From IMG/VR virus record IMGVR_UViG_3300027503_000002: 64,000 nt of DNA; one strand, 5' to 3'. The notes beneath the pieces are model-generated. The model made no database searches, was not told the DNA's origin, and worked only from the letters and a program-made list of their open reading frames with translations. This DNA comes from a virus. The translations under genes and the position numbers were made by a program. Below, in pieces: positions 29,212-40,332 of the stretch (its first letter is position 1; the number at the start of each line of letters is the position of its first letter).

Positions 29212-32200
29212 TGGGCAGACCAATCTCATATGAAATGCAAATGATGTTTGTTGGTTCCTCTGGCGCTTTTGAGGAGGCGATGAACACGGGCAGCGGAATC
29301 AGTCGTCTTGATTTTATTCAGGGCTACGACTTCTCTTTCAATATTGAAAGAACTCCGCTGAAACAAATCGGCTCCGATTCGTTTGCTACAAGGCAGACTC
29401 AGCTTGCGCCGGATGTTAATTTAAATATTCAATACTATTTGAATGATGGCTGGAATGATAAGTATATTGGACTGGATATACCGACAGGTACGACTGGTAA
29501 CCCATTCGATTCTATTCTTTCGTCTACTGGCGACCGTAATTTCTATATCAGTATCGCGCAGAATGATGGAATGGATCAGAACTTACAAACAGGAATTGTT
29601 AATAGTAATATTCTCGCGATTGGTAACGCCTATATTACTAACTATGAAATCAGTGTGGCAGTTAATCAGCTGGCGACTGTTTCGTGTTCTTTTGTGGGCG
29701 CAAATGCTAATGTGCAAGATTATGCGACTTCGAAGTACTTACCATCGGTAAATACCCTTGTTAGTGGCCAAAATGCTCAAGATGCAAATAAAAATTTCTC
29801 GTTAAACTTTGTCAATAACTCAAGAACTGAAAGGTATTTGCCAAAAGCAAAGGAAGTATTTAATGGCGGATGTCCTTACAGTAAATGTAAGATTACCCCA
29901 GACTTTCAGTCAGGTGGCGGCACTTCGCCAATTACTTTTGGCTTCTTTGACGCGATTGCCAACAACTTCCAGAGTATGCAATTCTCTGTTCAGTTTGAAC
30001 GCAAGGCTCTTTATGGGTTTGGCAATAATCATCCATACATTAGAAAAATTCAAAGACCAACAGTTGCCACATTATCTTTGTCGGCGCTGATTGATGATTT
30101 TCAAGCTGAAAATTTGAGTAAGGTTTTTCACGCTGAAGGTGGAACTCAGAAATCAATGTTGATTGAGTTTTTTAATTTAGAAGACGTTAAAAAGTTTGGG
30201 TTGTCGTTACAAAACCTAACGCTTGAGTCTTATAACCTTGGAGCAAGAATTGGAGACAGGGTTTTAGTAGAAACTAATTGGAGCGTTGAGGTTAAGAACG
30301 GCGCAGGGGCAGATATTGGTATGGTTGGGTCTTATGGACCGCCGCTTCTTGATGTAACAAAAGTTAATGAGTCTTTTGCAGTTGAGAGGTTATTTTTTCA
30401 AGCGGCTGCATCAGACGCTGGACAGTCTTTTGCTATCGATAAAAATGGAACACTATGGGGTTGGGGAGTCAATACTTACTGGTCAGAGAATTTCCGCGTT
30501 AATACAATTAATTCTTTAGAAGGTCAAGTGGCAACTCCTACAAAAATAATAGGCGCTAATCGTACTTTTTGTAAAGTAGTATCTACGGGAGGAGGCTTTA
30601 GCGCTATAGACAAAAAAGGTAAAGTCTGGAGTTGGGGGCCAAACAATTATGGTCAAATTGGAGACGGCTCTACAACAAGTCGCACATTGCCAACATCTTT
30701 ATATGGCAATAAAACATTTTGTGAAATATCTGGGACTTTTGATAGAAAAGTAGGCTTAGATAAAAACGGTAAGCTTTGGGCTTGGGGGCAATTAAGTAAT
30801 TCTCCGGCAGTATGCTCTTCAACTCCAGTAGCAGTTTATCAAGACAAGACATTCTGTAAAATATCTAATGCTTCGGATTTTATCGACAAAAATGGTAAAG
30901 CTTGGGCGTGGAGTTATCCAAATCCAACTGCTGTCGGCGGTAATAAAACATTCTCCGAAATATCCTCAGCTGGTAATTATACGCTTGCGATAGATAAATA
31001 TGGAAAGGCTTGGGGCTGGGGATATAACGGTGCTAATAATATTGGAAGCGGAAGTAGCATTCCAGATTTTGTCAATTCTAATAGTCCAATAGCTGTTTAT
31101 GGAAATAAAACATTTTGTAAAATATTTGCAAGAGATGAATTTAACGGAATTGGAACCTCTTTTGCAATTGATAAAAATGGCAAAGCTTGGGGATGGGGAG
31201 CGAATGGATATGGACAGTTAGGAGATAATTCGATAATAAATAGATGCACGCCAGTGGCAGTTTGTGGAAATAAAATATTTTCTAATATTTATATTGGATA
31301 TACTACAGCGAGTTGGACTGCGGCGGACGATATTCCCCGTCCTTTTGTTATTGGAATAGATAATAACAATACAGCTTGGAGTTGGGGAAGTAATTTAGCA
31401 GGAACTTTAGGAAACGGTAATAAACATTACCATTGTGTTCCTATTTTAGTTAATAGCGCTAGAACATTCTGTAAAATAGCGGCTAATGCATACACTTCTC
31501 TTACATTAGATAAAAATGGTCTGGCTCAATTTTCTGGATTCACTAATATTTATGGAAATAAAACCGTATGCGAAATTGGTCTTTCTTTGGAAAGTTACTA
31601 TATAATAGATAATGCTGGTAAAGCTTGGGCTTGGGGGACCAATGACTTTGGGCAGTTGGGAGATAATTCAATAACTTCTCGGGCTACTCCAGTTCAGGTA
31701 TATGGCAGTAAAACTTTTTGTAAAATTATAGGAAACAATGCAACATTCAGCGGCGATGCATTTGCACTCGCTATAGATAAATATAATAAAGCTTGGGCGT
31801 GGGGCATAAATACTAGGGGGCAGCTTGGAAATAATTCTATAACTAGTAGGCGTACTCCTGTCGCAGTTTGCGGAAACAAAACATTTTGTCAAATATGTGC
31901 TGGATATGATCACGTTCTCGCAATTGACAAAAATGGTAAAGCTTGGGGCTGGGGAGGTAATTACTTTGGAGCAGTTGGAGATGGCTCTACAGTATGTAGA
32001 AGCTCGCCAGTTGCTGTTTATGGAAATAAAACATTTTGTAAAATATTTGCTATGAATGCTTTATCTATAGCAATAGATAAAGATAATAAATTATGGGGAT
32101 GGGGATATGACCAAAGTGTCATTACAAATAGTGAAGCTATTTTGACTCCTAAAAGAATAATAATTGGCAGTTTAAATAATAATTTTTGTGATGTGGCTCT

Positions 32201-32486
32201 TGGAGGAAGCTATGGTGGATATATGTTTTTAGACACCAATGGAAAAGCGTGGGCGTGGGGATATAACGTATGCGGTCTTTTAGGGTTAAATACAAACGCT
32301 CCTGTTTTGTCGCCAAGACAAATTTGTGGAAACAATTCTTTTTATAAAATAGGTGTTATATCAAGTGAATTTGATGGCGCCTGTTATGCAATTGATAAAT
32401 CAAATAGATTGTGGGGCTGGGGGCAAATCGGGATATATACAAATAATTCAAATTATAAAACTCCCTCTAGGATCTATAACAAGTAA
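29211..32486 (+). CDS. tail-tube-paralog domain fused to 14 RCC1 repeats
   Basis: N-terminal APDVNLNIQYYL and IGNAYITNY shared with the tube candidate; RCC1 repeats from about 30400. Confidence 0.8.
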   Translation: MGRPISYEMQMMFVGSSGAFEEAMNTGSGISRLDFIQGYDFSFNIERTPLKQIGSDSFATRQTQLAPDVNLNIQYYLNDGWNDKYIGLDIPTGTTGNPFDSILSSTGDRNFYISIAQNDGMDQNLQTGIVNSNILAIGNAYITNYEISVAVNQLATVSCSFVGANANVQDYATSKYLPSVNTLVSGQNAQDANKNFSLNFVNNSRTERYLPKAKEVFNGGCPYSKCKITPDFQSGGGTSPITFGFFDAIANNFQSMQFSVQFERKALYGFGNNHPYIRKIQRPTVATLSLSALIDDFQAENLSKVFHAEGGTQKSMLIEFFNLEDVKKFGLSLQNLTLESYNLGARIGDRVLVETNWSVEVKNGAGADIGMVGSYGPPLLDVTKVNESFAVERLFFQAAASDAGQSFAIDKNGTLWGWGVNTYWSENFRVNTINSLEGQVATPTKIIGANRTFCKVVSTGGGFSAIDKKGKVWSWGPNNYGQIGDGSTTSRTLPTSLYGNKTFCEISGTFDRKVGLDKNGKLWAWGQLSNSPAVCSSTPVAVYQDKTFCKISNASDFIDKNGKAWAWSYPNPTAVGGNKTFSEISSAGNYTLAIDKYGKAWGWGYNGANNIGSGSSIPDFVNSNSPIAVYGNKTFCKIFARDEFNGIGTSFAIDKNGKAWGWGANGYGQLGDNSIINRCTPVAVCGNKIFSNIYIGYTTASWTAADDIPRPFVIGIDNNNTAWSWGSNLAGTLGNGNKHYHCVPILVNSARTFCKIAANAYTSLTLDKNGLAQFSGFTNIYGNKTVCEIGLSLESYYIIDNAGKAWAWGTNDFGQLGDNSITSRATPVQVYGSKTFCKIIGNNATFSGDAFALAIDKYNKAWAWGINTRGQLGNNSITSRRTPVAVCGNKTFCQICAGYDHVLAIDKNGKAWGWGGNYFGAVGDGSTVCRSSPVAVYGNKTFCKIFAMNALSIAIDKDNKLWGWGYDQSVITNSEAILTPKRIIIGSLNNNFCDVALGGSYGGYMFLDTNGKAWAWGYNVCGLLGLNTNAPVLSPRQICGNNSFYKIGVISSEFDGACYAIDKSNRLWGWGQIGIYTNNSNYKTPSRIYNK

Positions 32487-32492
32487 CATTTA

Positions 32493-32499
32493 ATGTAAA
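32493..32499 (+). promoter_or_regulatory. putative late promoter element ATGTAAA
   Basis: Motif 8 nt upstream of ATG 32508. Confidence 0.45.
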
Positions 32500-32507
32500 C
32501 TATCTAT

Positions 32508-35327
32508 ATGTCCACAGGAAGCAACAGATTTCAAGACCTTGAGGAAGTTGGCGTATTAGATTCGCAGGATCAATTCATCTTTTTTCAAAATTCAAGCAAA
32601 AAAGTAAAGAAAGTCTCGCGCCAAAATCTTGCTGGAAGTACTGGGTTTGGAACATCGATACCCGGAGTAGTGCAGCAAGATAATATTGCTCCAGCCACTC
32701 CAACTGGACTCGCCCTGACAACTAGGTCAGAAATAGATTCTGATGGCTCTGAAAAAATATTCATAACAGCGAAAATAAGTCCAAATACTGAAACTGATCT
32801 TGATCGATATGGCTGGTATATAAGAAGAGTAACAGGAACTCCACAATTTAGCGGTGGCGTTTTAACTGGGTATACTGCTGGTCAGATTTACGAAGCATCA
32901 TTAGAGGAGTCTCAGGCTGCTGGTAGCGTTGGTACAGATGGTAAGGTGACAAAAGAGTGGACTGGACTAAAGCCAAATACTTGGTATCAAATCAGGGTTT
33001 GCGCGATAGATAAGCAGGGAAATGCCTCTTCGTATACAGCAGAAAATTCTGCTGGATTTATTCAAACAGCAAGGGACACAGTTCCCCCAGCAGCCCCGAC
33101 ATCTGTCACTATCACAAGTGCGATAAAATCGATATTTTTAAATTGGACTAACTCTACAGACGACGACTGGGCTTTTGTAAGAATTTATAGGAACACATCC
33201 AATACGCCGCCAACAATTGGAACTACAACGCCACACGCTTCAATAGCTGCTTCTTCGTTTGTTGATGAGAATCTCACTCAAGGAACAACATATTACTACT
33301 GGCTGACATCTGTAGATACCTCTGGCAACGAAACTACGACGACATCAACGGTCGTTTCCAGCACTCCTGGTACTGTTGCCGCAACTGATATTTCTAGTTT
33401 TGCAGTTACAGCTACAAAATTATATACAAATGTAATTGTTCTATCAGGGGACAGCTGGACAGACAATTCGCCATCAGGAGGATCGATTGCTTGGAATTCT
33501 CATACTCTTGTTTATGGCGGTGCATCGTATACAATTTCTGCTGGAAGCACAAGCAATACATACGTTTACTGGACCGGAGGAACAACTTACCAAACAAGCA
33601 ATACCAATCCAGCTTTAGCTGATGGTCAGTTTATGATCGCCACAAATACAAGTGGCGCGCACGATCTTGCTTGGAATGCTCTTGCTAACGCCGTCATTGG
33701 CAGTGCTTACATTCAAAATCTTGCAGTGACTAATGCAAAGATTCTTGAAATGACGGCGGATAAAATTAGAACCGCGACTCTTTCCGCCCAGACAATTACT
33801 CTAGCTGGTAGTGCGATTATAAGAAGCGATGGAGTAACAAGCTCTAGCTCTGGCAATGGTTTTTACCTAGAAGGCGTATCTGGATCTAGCATTTTAGGAA
33901 TTGGCGATCTTAGCGAAACTAATGCATTTTTAAAATGGAACACTGCGACTGCAACTCTAAAAATAAGAGGCGAGCTTAGAGCTTCTAGCGGCTGGTTTGG
34001 AACCTCTTCCACCAACGGAGTAATTATCGACAGTAATGGATTAGAAATAAAAGGAACAGGTTCAGCTGATGCTGTAGGAAGAATAAAAGCTAATATTGAT
34101 TGGAGCGCATCTGGCGCAGGATCTTTTACTCCAACAAGTACGGCTGGTTTTTATTTGGGAAGAGCATCTAACCAATATAGATTTTTTATTGGAAATACTG
34201 GTACAGATGGTCTTGGTGGATCTGCCAACTCTTTATATTGGGATGGTTCAGCTTTAACAATTACTGGCGTAATCAGAGCTACTTCTGGCTTTTTTGGAAC
34301 ATCGACTAGCGTTGTTTCAGTTGGATCTGGAGGTTTAACAATTGGTACTGGTGGCGCAATAAACTCTAGTGGAGTAGCTTACTCTGGCGGAGTTTTTACT
34401 AATAGTGGATTTTATTTAGGAAGCGCCGGTGGTCAATATCAATTTTTTATTGGTAATCCATCTGGTAACAACTTAACTTGGAACGGGGCATCATTAAAAA
34501 TTAATGGCAATTTAACCTCTGGAACCACTCTTGGAAATACAGGAGATTCTGGGTTCGGTTTGATTCTCCAATCTAACTTTGGTATCCGAAGAGACACAAA
34601 TGCTGGAATTATTACAATAACCGCTGGCACCTCAAACGGAGCCAGTAATGGAGCGCAATTAGAATTGCATGGAAATCTTTCTACTGGAAACGAAGGACTC
34701 GTTACACTTCAGGCTGGTACCGGATCAATAAGCGCAATAAGATTTTTTACAAATAGATCTGTAAGTAATGCTAATATCGGAGTAAAAAGATTAGATATAG
34801 ATACCGATGGTACAGTTGCGATAATCAGAGAGGCTTCTTATGATGGTGGCGGTGGAACATTTACTCCTGGCGCTGGAAACTTGGAGGTGGCTTCTAATAT
34901 TGGAGTTGGTAGAGATGCCGCCAATGGCGCTTCAAATACTGGAAAACTGCACGTAGCTACGGAAATAGCAGTATATAATGGAGGTACTCAAAATATAATT
35001 TTAACAGGAAGCTCTGGAGACGTTACCGCTGTACAGTTTACGACTTCTTCATCAAAGCGTTTTAAGACAAAGATTAAAAAATTAAAAAATGGATTAAATA
35101 CTGTACAAAAGCTTAACCCTGTGTCCTTCAAAAGAAAAGGAAAGGGTGGCAAGGATGATATTGGCCTAATCGCAGAAGAGGTAGAAAAGATTTTGCCACA
35201 AGTGACTGGAAAAGACCAAAATGGCGACATTTCTGGATTGGACTACTCAAGACTAACAGCTGTTTTAATTCAGGCAGTAAAAGAGCTTTCTATTGAAGTT
35301 GATAGATTAAAAAATAAAATAAAATGA
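32508..35327 (+). CDS. tail fibre/spike with FN3 domains and C-terminal intramolecular chaperone (peptidase S74)
   Basis: APATPTGL / LKPNTWYQIRVCAID and TTYYYWLTSVD FN3 motifs; SSKRFKTKI...GLIAEEV...LDYSRLTAVLIQAVKEL. Confidence 0.85.
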   Translation: MSTGSNRFQDLEEVGVLDSQDQFIFFQNSSKKVKKVSRQNLAGSTGFGTSIPGVVQQDNIAPATPTGLALTTRSEIDSDGSEKIFITAKISPNTETDLDRYGWYIRRVTGTPQFSGGVLTGYTAGQIYEASLEESQAAGSVGTDGKVTKEWTGLKPNTWYQIRVCAIDKQGNASSYTAENSAGFIQTARDTVPPAAPTSVTITSAIKSIFLNWTNSTDDDWAFVRIYRNTSNTPPTIGTTTPHASIAASSFVDENLTQGTTYYYWLTSVDTSGNETTTTSTVVSSTPGTVAATDISSFAVTATKLYTNVIVLSGDSWTDNSPSGGSIAWNSHTLVYGGASYTISAGSTSNTYVYWTGGTTYQTSNTNPALADGQFMIATNTSGAHDLAWNALANAVIGSAYIQNLAVTNAKILEMTADKIRTATLSAQTITLAGSAIIRSDGVTSSSSGNGFYLEGVSGSSILGIGDLSETNAFLKWNTATATLKIRGELRASSGWFGTSSTNGVIIDSNGLEIKGTGSADAVGRIKANIDWSASGAGSFTPTSTAGFYLGRASNQYRFFIGNTGTDGLGGSANSLYWDGSALTITGVIRATSGFFGTSTSVVSVGSGGLTIGTGGAINSSGVAYSGGVFTNSGFYLGSAGGQYQFFIGNPSGNNLTWNGASLKINGNLTSGTTLGNTGDSGFGLILQSNFGIRRDTNAGIITITAGTSNGASNGAQLELHGNLSTGNEGLVTLQAGTGSISAIRFFTNRSVSNANIGVKRLDIDTDGTVAIIREASYDGGGGTFTPGAGNLEVASNIGVGRDAANGASNTGKLHVATEIAVYNGGTQNIILTGSSGDVTAVQFTTSSSKRFKTKIKKLKNGLNTVQKLNPVSFKRKGKGGKDDIGLIAEEVEKILPQVTGKDQNGDISGLDYSRLTAVLIQAVKELSIEVDRLKNKIK

Positions 35328-35328
35328 C

Positions 35329-37545
35329 ATGCCCATTGAAACAAAGTTTAGAGTCTATATCTCTGCTAGTGGGCAATCATACGATTTAAGCGGACTTTTT
35401 CAGGATCTTGGAACGGCTGGAACAGCGGCATCGACGACTAATTTTAAGGTTGGATCATCAGATTTAAATACAATATTCCACGCATCAACAAGTGAAGGCG
35501 ATAGAATATCCTTTAATACAGGATTTAAAGTCAATGGCACAGATTTAAAAAATATTTTTCGCAAAAGGACTACGCTAGAGATAACAACCCAACCAACTAA
35601 CCAAACTGTATTAGAAACTAATACAGCGACATTCACAGTGGCAGCTACAGGTAGTGGAACTCTGCTTTATCAGTGGCAAAAGTATAATACTGGCACCAGT
35701 AATTGGGATAATCTATCAAACTCGTCTGGAGAAATAGCAGGCGCAACATCCACAACGCTGCAAATTTTAAATGCAGACTACCCAACTGATGAAGGCTCTT
35801 ACAGATGTGTAGTCACTGACGACTCTGGTTCGATAGAGAGTAATTCCGCAACCCTGACTGTAAATTATCCGCCGACAATCACCGTTCATCCAACGTCTAC
35901 GGTTTACAACGACGCAGATGCGGTGACTTATTCAGTAACCGCTACAGAAGGCAAGCCAACAGGATTAACTTACAAATGGCAGAGGTCAACAAACGGCGGG
36001 AGTTCTTGGTCAGATCTTAGCGCTGGACAAGAGACTAATATAAGCGGAATAACATCGGCTACGCTGACATTTAACTGTCAATTAGCAAGAGCAGATTACC
36101 AGTACCGTTGCGTAGTTAGCAATAGTGCCGCCAGCGTAAACTCAAATGCCGCGATTCTGTATATTAACCCAAAGATTACTACAGAACTACCTTCTACCAA
36201 GACAGTTACGGTTCTCAGTGGTCAGGAAACTGTATTGGCGGTATTTACAGTTGTTGCTGGAGGTTCAGCAACACTCAGCTATCAATGGTACAAAGACGGC
36301 TCTCCAATCGGGGCAAATAATCCATCTTTTGCAGATACTGTTGATGAAGACAGTAATGGTTCGCAGTATTACTGTGTAGTATCGTCTTCTGCTTCTGGCA
36401 CAACTCCAGACACATCTGTTACTTGCACTCTAACCGTAAACCTGACCGCCATCTCAATCTCCAGCTTCTTGGGCAATGGCGTTGCTAATCCAACGGTAAA
36501 CGAGGGCGCTTCTCTATCTTATGTCGTAACAGCGGCTGGTGCAGGAACTCTTAATTATGATTTCTATAGAAGAGACTACACTTCTAGACCTAGCTCCTAC
36601 ACTGATGTCTTGGTTCAAAGCTCAAGCTCAAACACATATACCCATAATGTAGCTTTATCAGAACACGATAGCGATTTCTTTTGCGCTGTTTCTAGTACAA
36701 AGACCTCGTTGGGAACTGTAAATAGTTCACTTTCAACACTTACTGTCAATTATGTTAGTATTAGTGAGGTTGTCGTCGATGAAGATGGTGCCCAAACTGC
36801 ACTGACGTACAACGAACAGTCTTTTGATGTCGATGTTGGTGACGTAGTAAAATTAATAATTACTGCTTCTGGAAGACCTGGGGTTAATTATCTCTGGAAG
36901 AAATGGAACGGATCTACCTATGTCACGTTCAGTGGGGCTCATATAAGTGGTCAATCAACAGCGCAGCTTCAATTTAATACAATTCTTGAAAGCGATGAGA
37001 CTTACTATGCGTGCTATGTAGATAATGGTGCTGGAATTACGGCAAATACAGAAGGAACTAGAGAAGTTTATTTAAATGTTATAGCCGTAACTACAACCAC
37101 AACTACAACCACAACTACTACGACAACCACTACAACTACTACAACTACCACTACCGAGGAGCCAACTACTACAACCACCACAACTACTACAACTACCACA
37201 ACAGCTGCTCCAAGCCCGAGCCCAAGTCCAAGCCCAAGTCCAAGCCCAAGTCCAAGCCCGAGCCCAAGCCCGAGCGCAAGTCCAAGTCCAAGCCCAAGCT
37301 TGAGCGCAAGCCCAAGCGCAAGTCCGAGCTATAGCTATAGCAATAGCCCGAGCGCAAGTCCAAGCGCAAGCAATAGTCCGAGTAGCAGCCCAAGTGACAG
37401 TCCAAGCTCTAGTTCTAGTAGTAGCTCAAGCTCAAGCTCAAGTTCTAGCTCAAGTTCTAGCTCTAGCTCTAGCGAAAGTAGTAGTCCTAGCAGCAGTAGC
37501 AGTACCAGCGAAAGCGGAAGTGGTAGTCCAAGCGCTAGCGGTTAA
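35329..37545 (+). CDS. multi-Ig-domain virion protein with mucin-like C-terminal tail
   Basis: Repeated ITTQP...YQW...YRCVV Ig motifs, then poly-Thr, (SP)n and poly-Ser. Confidence 0.85.
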   Translation: MPIETKFRVYISASGQSYDLSGLFQDLGTAGTAASTTNFKVGSSDLNTIFHASTSEGDRISFNTGFKVNGTDLKNIFRKRTTLEITTQPTNQTVLETNTATFTVAATGSGTLLYQWQKYNTGTSNWDNLSNSSGEIAGATSTTLQILNADYPTDEGSYRCVVTDDSGSIESNSATLTVNYPPTITVHPTSTVYNDADAVTYSVTATEGKPTGLTYKWQRSTNGGSSWSDLSAGQETNISGITSATLTFNCQLARADYQYRCVVSNSAASVNSNAAILYINPKITTELPSTKTVTVLSGQETVLAVFTVVAGGSATLSYQWYKDGSPIGANNPSFADTVDEDSNGSQYYCVVSSSASGTTPDTSVTCTLTVNLTAISISSFLGNGVANPTVNEGASLSYVVTAAGAGTLNYDFYRRDYTSRPSSYTDVLVQSSSSNTYTHNVALSEHDSDFFCAVSSTKTSLGTVNSSLSTLTVNYVSISEVVVDEDGAQTALTYNEQSFDVDVGDVVKLIITASGRPGVNYLWKKWNGSTYVTFSGAHISGQSTAQLQFNTILESDETYYACYVDNGAGITANTEGTREVYLNVIAVTTTTTTTTTTTTTTTTTTTTTTEEPTTTTTTTTTTTTTAAPSPSPSPSPSPSPSPSPSPSPSASPSPSPSLSASPSASPSYSYSNSPSASPSASNSPSSSPSDSPSSSSSSSSSSSSSSSSSSSSSSSESSSPSSSSSTSESGSGSPSASG
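37090..37542 (+). repeat. low-complexity poly-Thr / (Ser-Pro)n / poly-Ser coding repeat
   Basis: ACW/ACC runs, AGYCCR hexamers, mixed Ser codons. Confidence 0.95.
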
Positions 37546-37548
37546 TTT

Positions 37549-38610
37549 ATGAAAATAAAAGCACTATTCTGGAATGCAAGAGAGCTTTACGAATTAAAAA
37601 CTAGACAGGTAGTTCTCGATGCTAGAAAACAGCCAGACATCAAGGCTCATATGGTATCTACTTTAGACTCCTTTTGGGAGCATATGAATTTGGAGCTTTT
37701 ATTTGAAAAGATATTAAAAAAAGAAATAGATATAAACGTAGTAATTCAAAGAGACGAGCACGGATTTTTATGGGGAAGTCAAAAGGATTGGAAAGAGTTC
37801 GTGTATAAGTGCAATAGCATAGGAATAAAGACGCTAATGTATGATTTCGGATATTTTGACCATTATGAAAGCTATATGGTAGATACATATGGATCAGTCA
37901 ACACCGGATCTATTTTCTTTGATTGGCCAAATATTTCTGGAAATATGGACTGGGGATTAGCTCCAGAATATATACAGGAGTACAGGGATGATTTTCTAAA
38001 AAAGCTAGAAAACGAAAAGAACTCTAAGCCAGTTAACGACTTAAAATCTGGAGAGTATGTTGTTATATGGCCACAATACTCTATGGATTTGATAAGACCA
38101 GAGCTTAGGGAGGGGCTTGACAGAAAAACGGAAGTAACTGACTGGGTTAATAAAATGTGCGATGCAGTTATTAAAGCTGGACTAACGCCTGTAGTCAAAG
38201 GTGGCCCAGCTATGGATTCGTGGTCTAGATTTTCAGTGAATCAGGTAAAAACTGCACCAGTTTTTGCACACAAGCAATCTCAGCTTAAAAAAAATCCAAA
38301 TGCAAAATTTGAAAAAGAGATCAATATAAAATTGATCGCTCATGCAAAATATCACATCATAAATTGCAGCAGTGTAAGCAATGAACTTGTTCTAGCAAAT
38401 GCTCCAGTTATAGCTACTGGCAGAAGCTGGTTTTCTGGACTAGAGGTATTTATAGAGCCAAAGTCTTGGGATTCGATTCTTGATGACGCCGTTACAGTAA
38501 ATGAACAAAACAGAAACAAATGGTGCAACTGGTGGTTTACAAGACAAGTGAAGAAAGATGATGTTTGGGATAAAATTAAAGAAATTTATATGAGGTATCC
38601 AATTTATTAG
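37549..38610 (+). CDS. capsule-polysaccharide-synthesis-like (KpsS/KpsC-type) glycosyltransferase
   Basis: VIWPQ...D and INCSSVSNELVLANAPVIATGRSWF. Confidence 0.55.
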   Translation: MKIKALFWNARELYELKTRQVVLDARKQPDIKAHMVSTLDSFWEHMNLELLFEKILKKEIDINVVIQRDEHGFLWGSQKDWKEFVYKCNSIGIKTLMYDFGYFDHYESYMVDTYGSVNTGSIFFDWPNISGNMDWGLAPEYIQEYRDDFLKKLENEKNSKPVNDLKSGEYVVIWPQYSMDLIRPELREGLDRKTEVTDWVNKMCDAVIKAGLTPVVKGGPAMDSWSRFSVNQVKTAPVFAHKQSQLKKNPNAKFEKEINIKLIAHAKYHIINCSSVSNELVLANAPVIATGRSWFSGLEVFIEPKSWDSILDDAVTVNEQNRNKWCNWWFTRQVKKDDVWDKIKEIYMRYPIY

Positions 38611-38611
38611 T

Positions 38612-39547
38612 ATGAATTTAGTCATCTTTGTTGGTCATGGATCTGGAAAGATTTCAAAAAAATTTCTTGATATAATTTCTTCTACAAAATCGCAGAACTT
38701 TGAGGCCAAGAAGGTAAAGACTGTCGAAGAATTTAAAGTATTGATAAAAAAATATGCCTGCGTATTTTCAAAGATTTTTATTTTTCCTATATACTGTGAG
38801 GACGCCGACTTAAAAAGAACTTTTAAAATTGATCTGGCTGTGGATGTAGAGCACGCCTGCAAGGAATATAGCAATTGTTTTGTGTGTCATGGGTCAAGTC
38901 TTGGGTCAATTCTGGGGGATAAAATGAAAACAAATTTATTTTTAACTCAAAATGGTATTGCGTGCCCTAGGCTCATAGATAATTTTGATTATAATGGTAA
39001 AGTATTTTCAAATGCAAGATGTGGATCTCATGCAAAAACATTTTTATTAGATGGGGGCAAGAACATAAAAAGCGCAGACTATAACACAGAATTTATAGAT
39101 ACAAGTTTTGATTATAAAGGAGATGTTTATTACGCTTGTCCAAGAGCAATGTGCATTGAGGGCGAAATAACTGATATATTTTTAAGATTTAGAAACGCTA
39201 AAGATCTTAATCCGAATGTCCACGCTGGCGACACTCCGAAAGATTACGAATTACAAAACTTTTACTACGAAACAAAAATACTTCCAAATCTAAATAAATT
39301 AAAAGATTTTTGTTTTAATGTAGGCAAGCTTTTTAGTTTAGGTTTTTATGGTCATGACCTTTTGCTCTGCAATAAGACTAATCAATTTTATATGGCAGAA
39401 AGCTCTTTTAAATTTGATAACATTATTATGTGGAAAAATAAGATAAAAGATATGCAGCCATTTATAAAACACGAAAAGCCAGTAGAAGAGGGAATGCTTG
39501 AGGCGATTGGTATTTTTTATTCAATATTAGAAGAAAAATATAAATAA
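38612..39547 (+). CDS. ATP-grasp-like protein
   Basis: GDKMKTNLFLTQNGIACPR and FYGHDLL...FYMAE pattern. Confidence 0.4.
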   Translation: MNLVIFVGHGSGKISKKFLDIISSTKSQNFEAKKVKTVEEFKVLIKKYACVFSKIFIFPIYCEDADLKRTFKIDLAVDVEHACKEYSNCFVCHGSSLGSILGDKMKTNLFLTQNGIACPRLIDNFDYNGKVFSNARCGSHAKTFLLDGGKNIKSADYNTEFIDTSFDYKGDVYYACPRAMCIEGEITDIFLRFRNAKDLNPNVHAGDTPKDYELQNFYYETKILPNLNKLKDFCFNVGKLFSLGFYGHDLLLCNKTNQFYMAESSFKFDNIIMWKNKIKDMQPFIKHEKPVEEGMLEAIGIFYSILEEKYK

Positions 39548-39549
39548 TT

Positions 39550-40332
39550 ATGACTGACCAAGAAATTAATCAAAAAGTTTTAGAAAGCAGAGTTTTTAGA
39601 ATGCTTGGACAAGATGAAGAAAATTTTGCGCCATATAAAATTTATTTTGACTATATAAAAGAAATGGAATCGATTAATGGATACCCGCTTTTATCAATGG
39701 TTAAAAAAAATAAAAGCAGGATGAACGTTTGGCTTCATGCGTTAGAGCTTTTGCCAAAAGAATCAATAATTCTGGAATTTGGTGTTTTTAGAGGCATGTC
39801 TATTAATTTCATGTCAAAATTCAGGCAGGACTGTTTATTTTATGGGTTTGATAAATTTAAAGGGCTTCCAGAAAACTGGATACTGCCAAATGGCAAGTTG
39901 AAAGGAAGGGCTGGAATATTTAATACTTACAGCACAAGAGATAAAATTTTTTTTAATGATAACGTTATTATCAAAGATGGATGGTTTGATGAGACGGTGG
40001 AGCCTTTTAAAAAAAATTTAACTGAAGTTGAATCTTCTAAAATAAGCCTTATTCATATCGATTGCGACATATATAGCAGTACCGCATTTGTATTAGAAAA
40101 TATTGCAGGCATAATAAAGAAAAATAAGCCATATTTGATGTTTGACGAATTCGTTCACGCAAGAAGAATCCCGATCAAACAAAGAGTGAATAAAAATATA
40201 AAATCAATAATTTACTCTGGTTGTGAATCAGTTGCATTTAGAGAGTTTGTTGACAAGCATAATGTAGATTTTAAAATTATAGGTCAAACACAAGGCAGAA
40301 GGAATAAGGTGGTTTTAATAAAAATTCTATGA
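39550..40332 (+). CDS. TylF/MycF-like O-methyltransferase
   Basis: LEFGVFRG, GFDKFKGLPE, GWFDET, HIDCDIYSST, FDEF. Confidence 0.8.
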   Translation: MTDQEINQKVLESRVFRMLGQDEENFAPYKIYFDYIKEMESINGYPLLSMVKKNKSRMNVWLHALELLPKESIILEFGVFRGMSINFMSKFRQDCLFYGFDKFKGLPENWILPNGKLKGRAGIFNTYSTRDKIFFNDNVIIKDGWFDETVEPFKKNLTEVESSKISLIHIDCDIYSSTAFVLENIAGIIKKNKPYLMFDEFVHARRIPIKQRVNKNIKSIIYSGCESVAFREFVDKHNVDFKIIGQTQGRRNKVVLIKIL

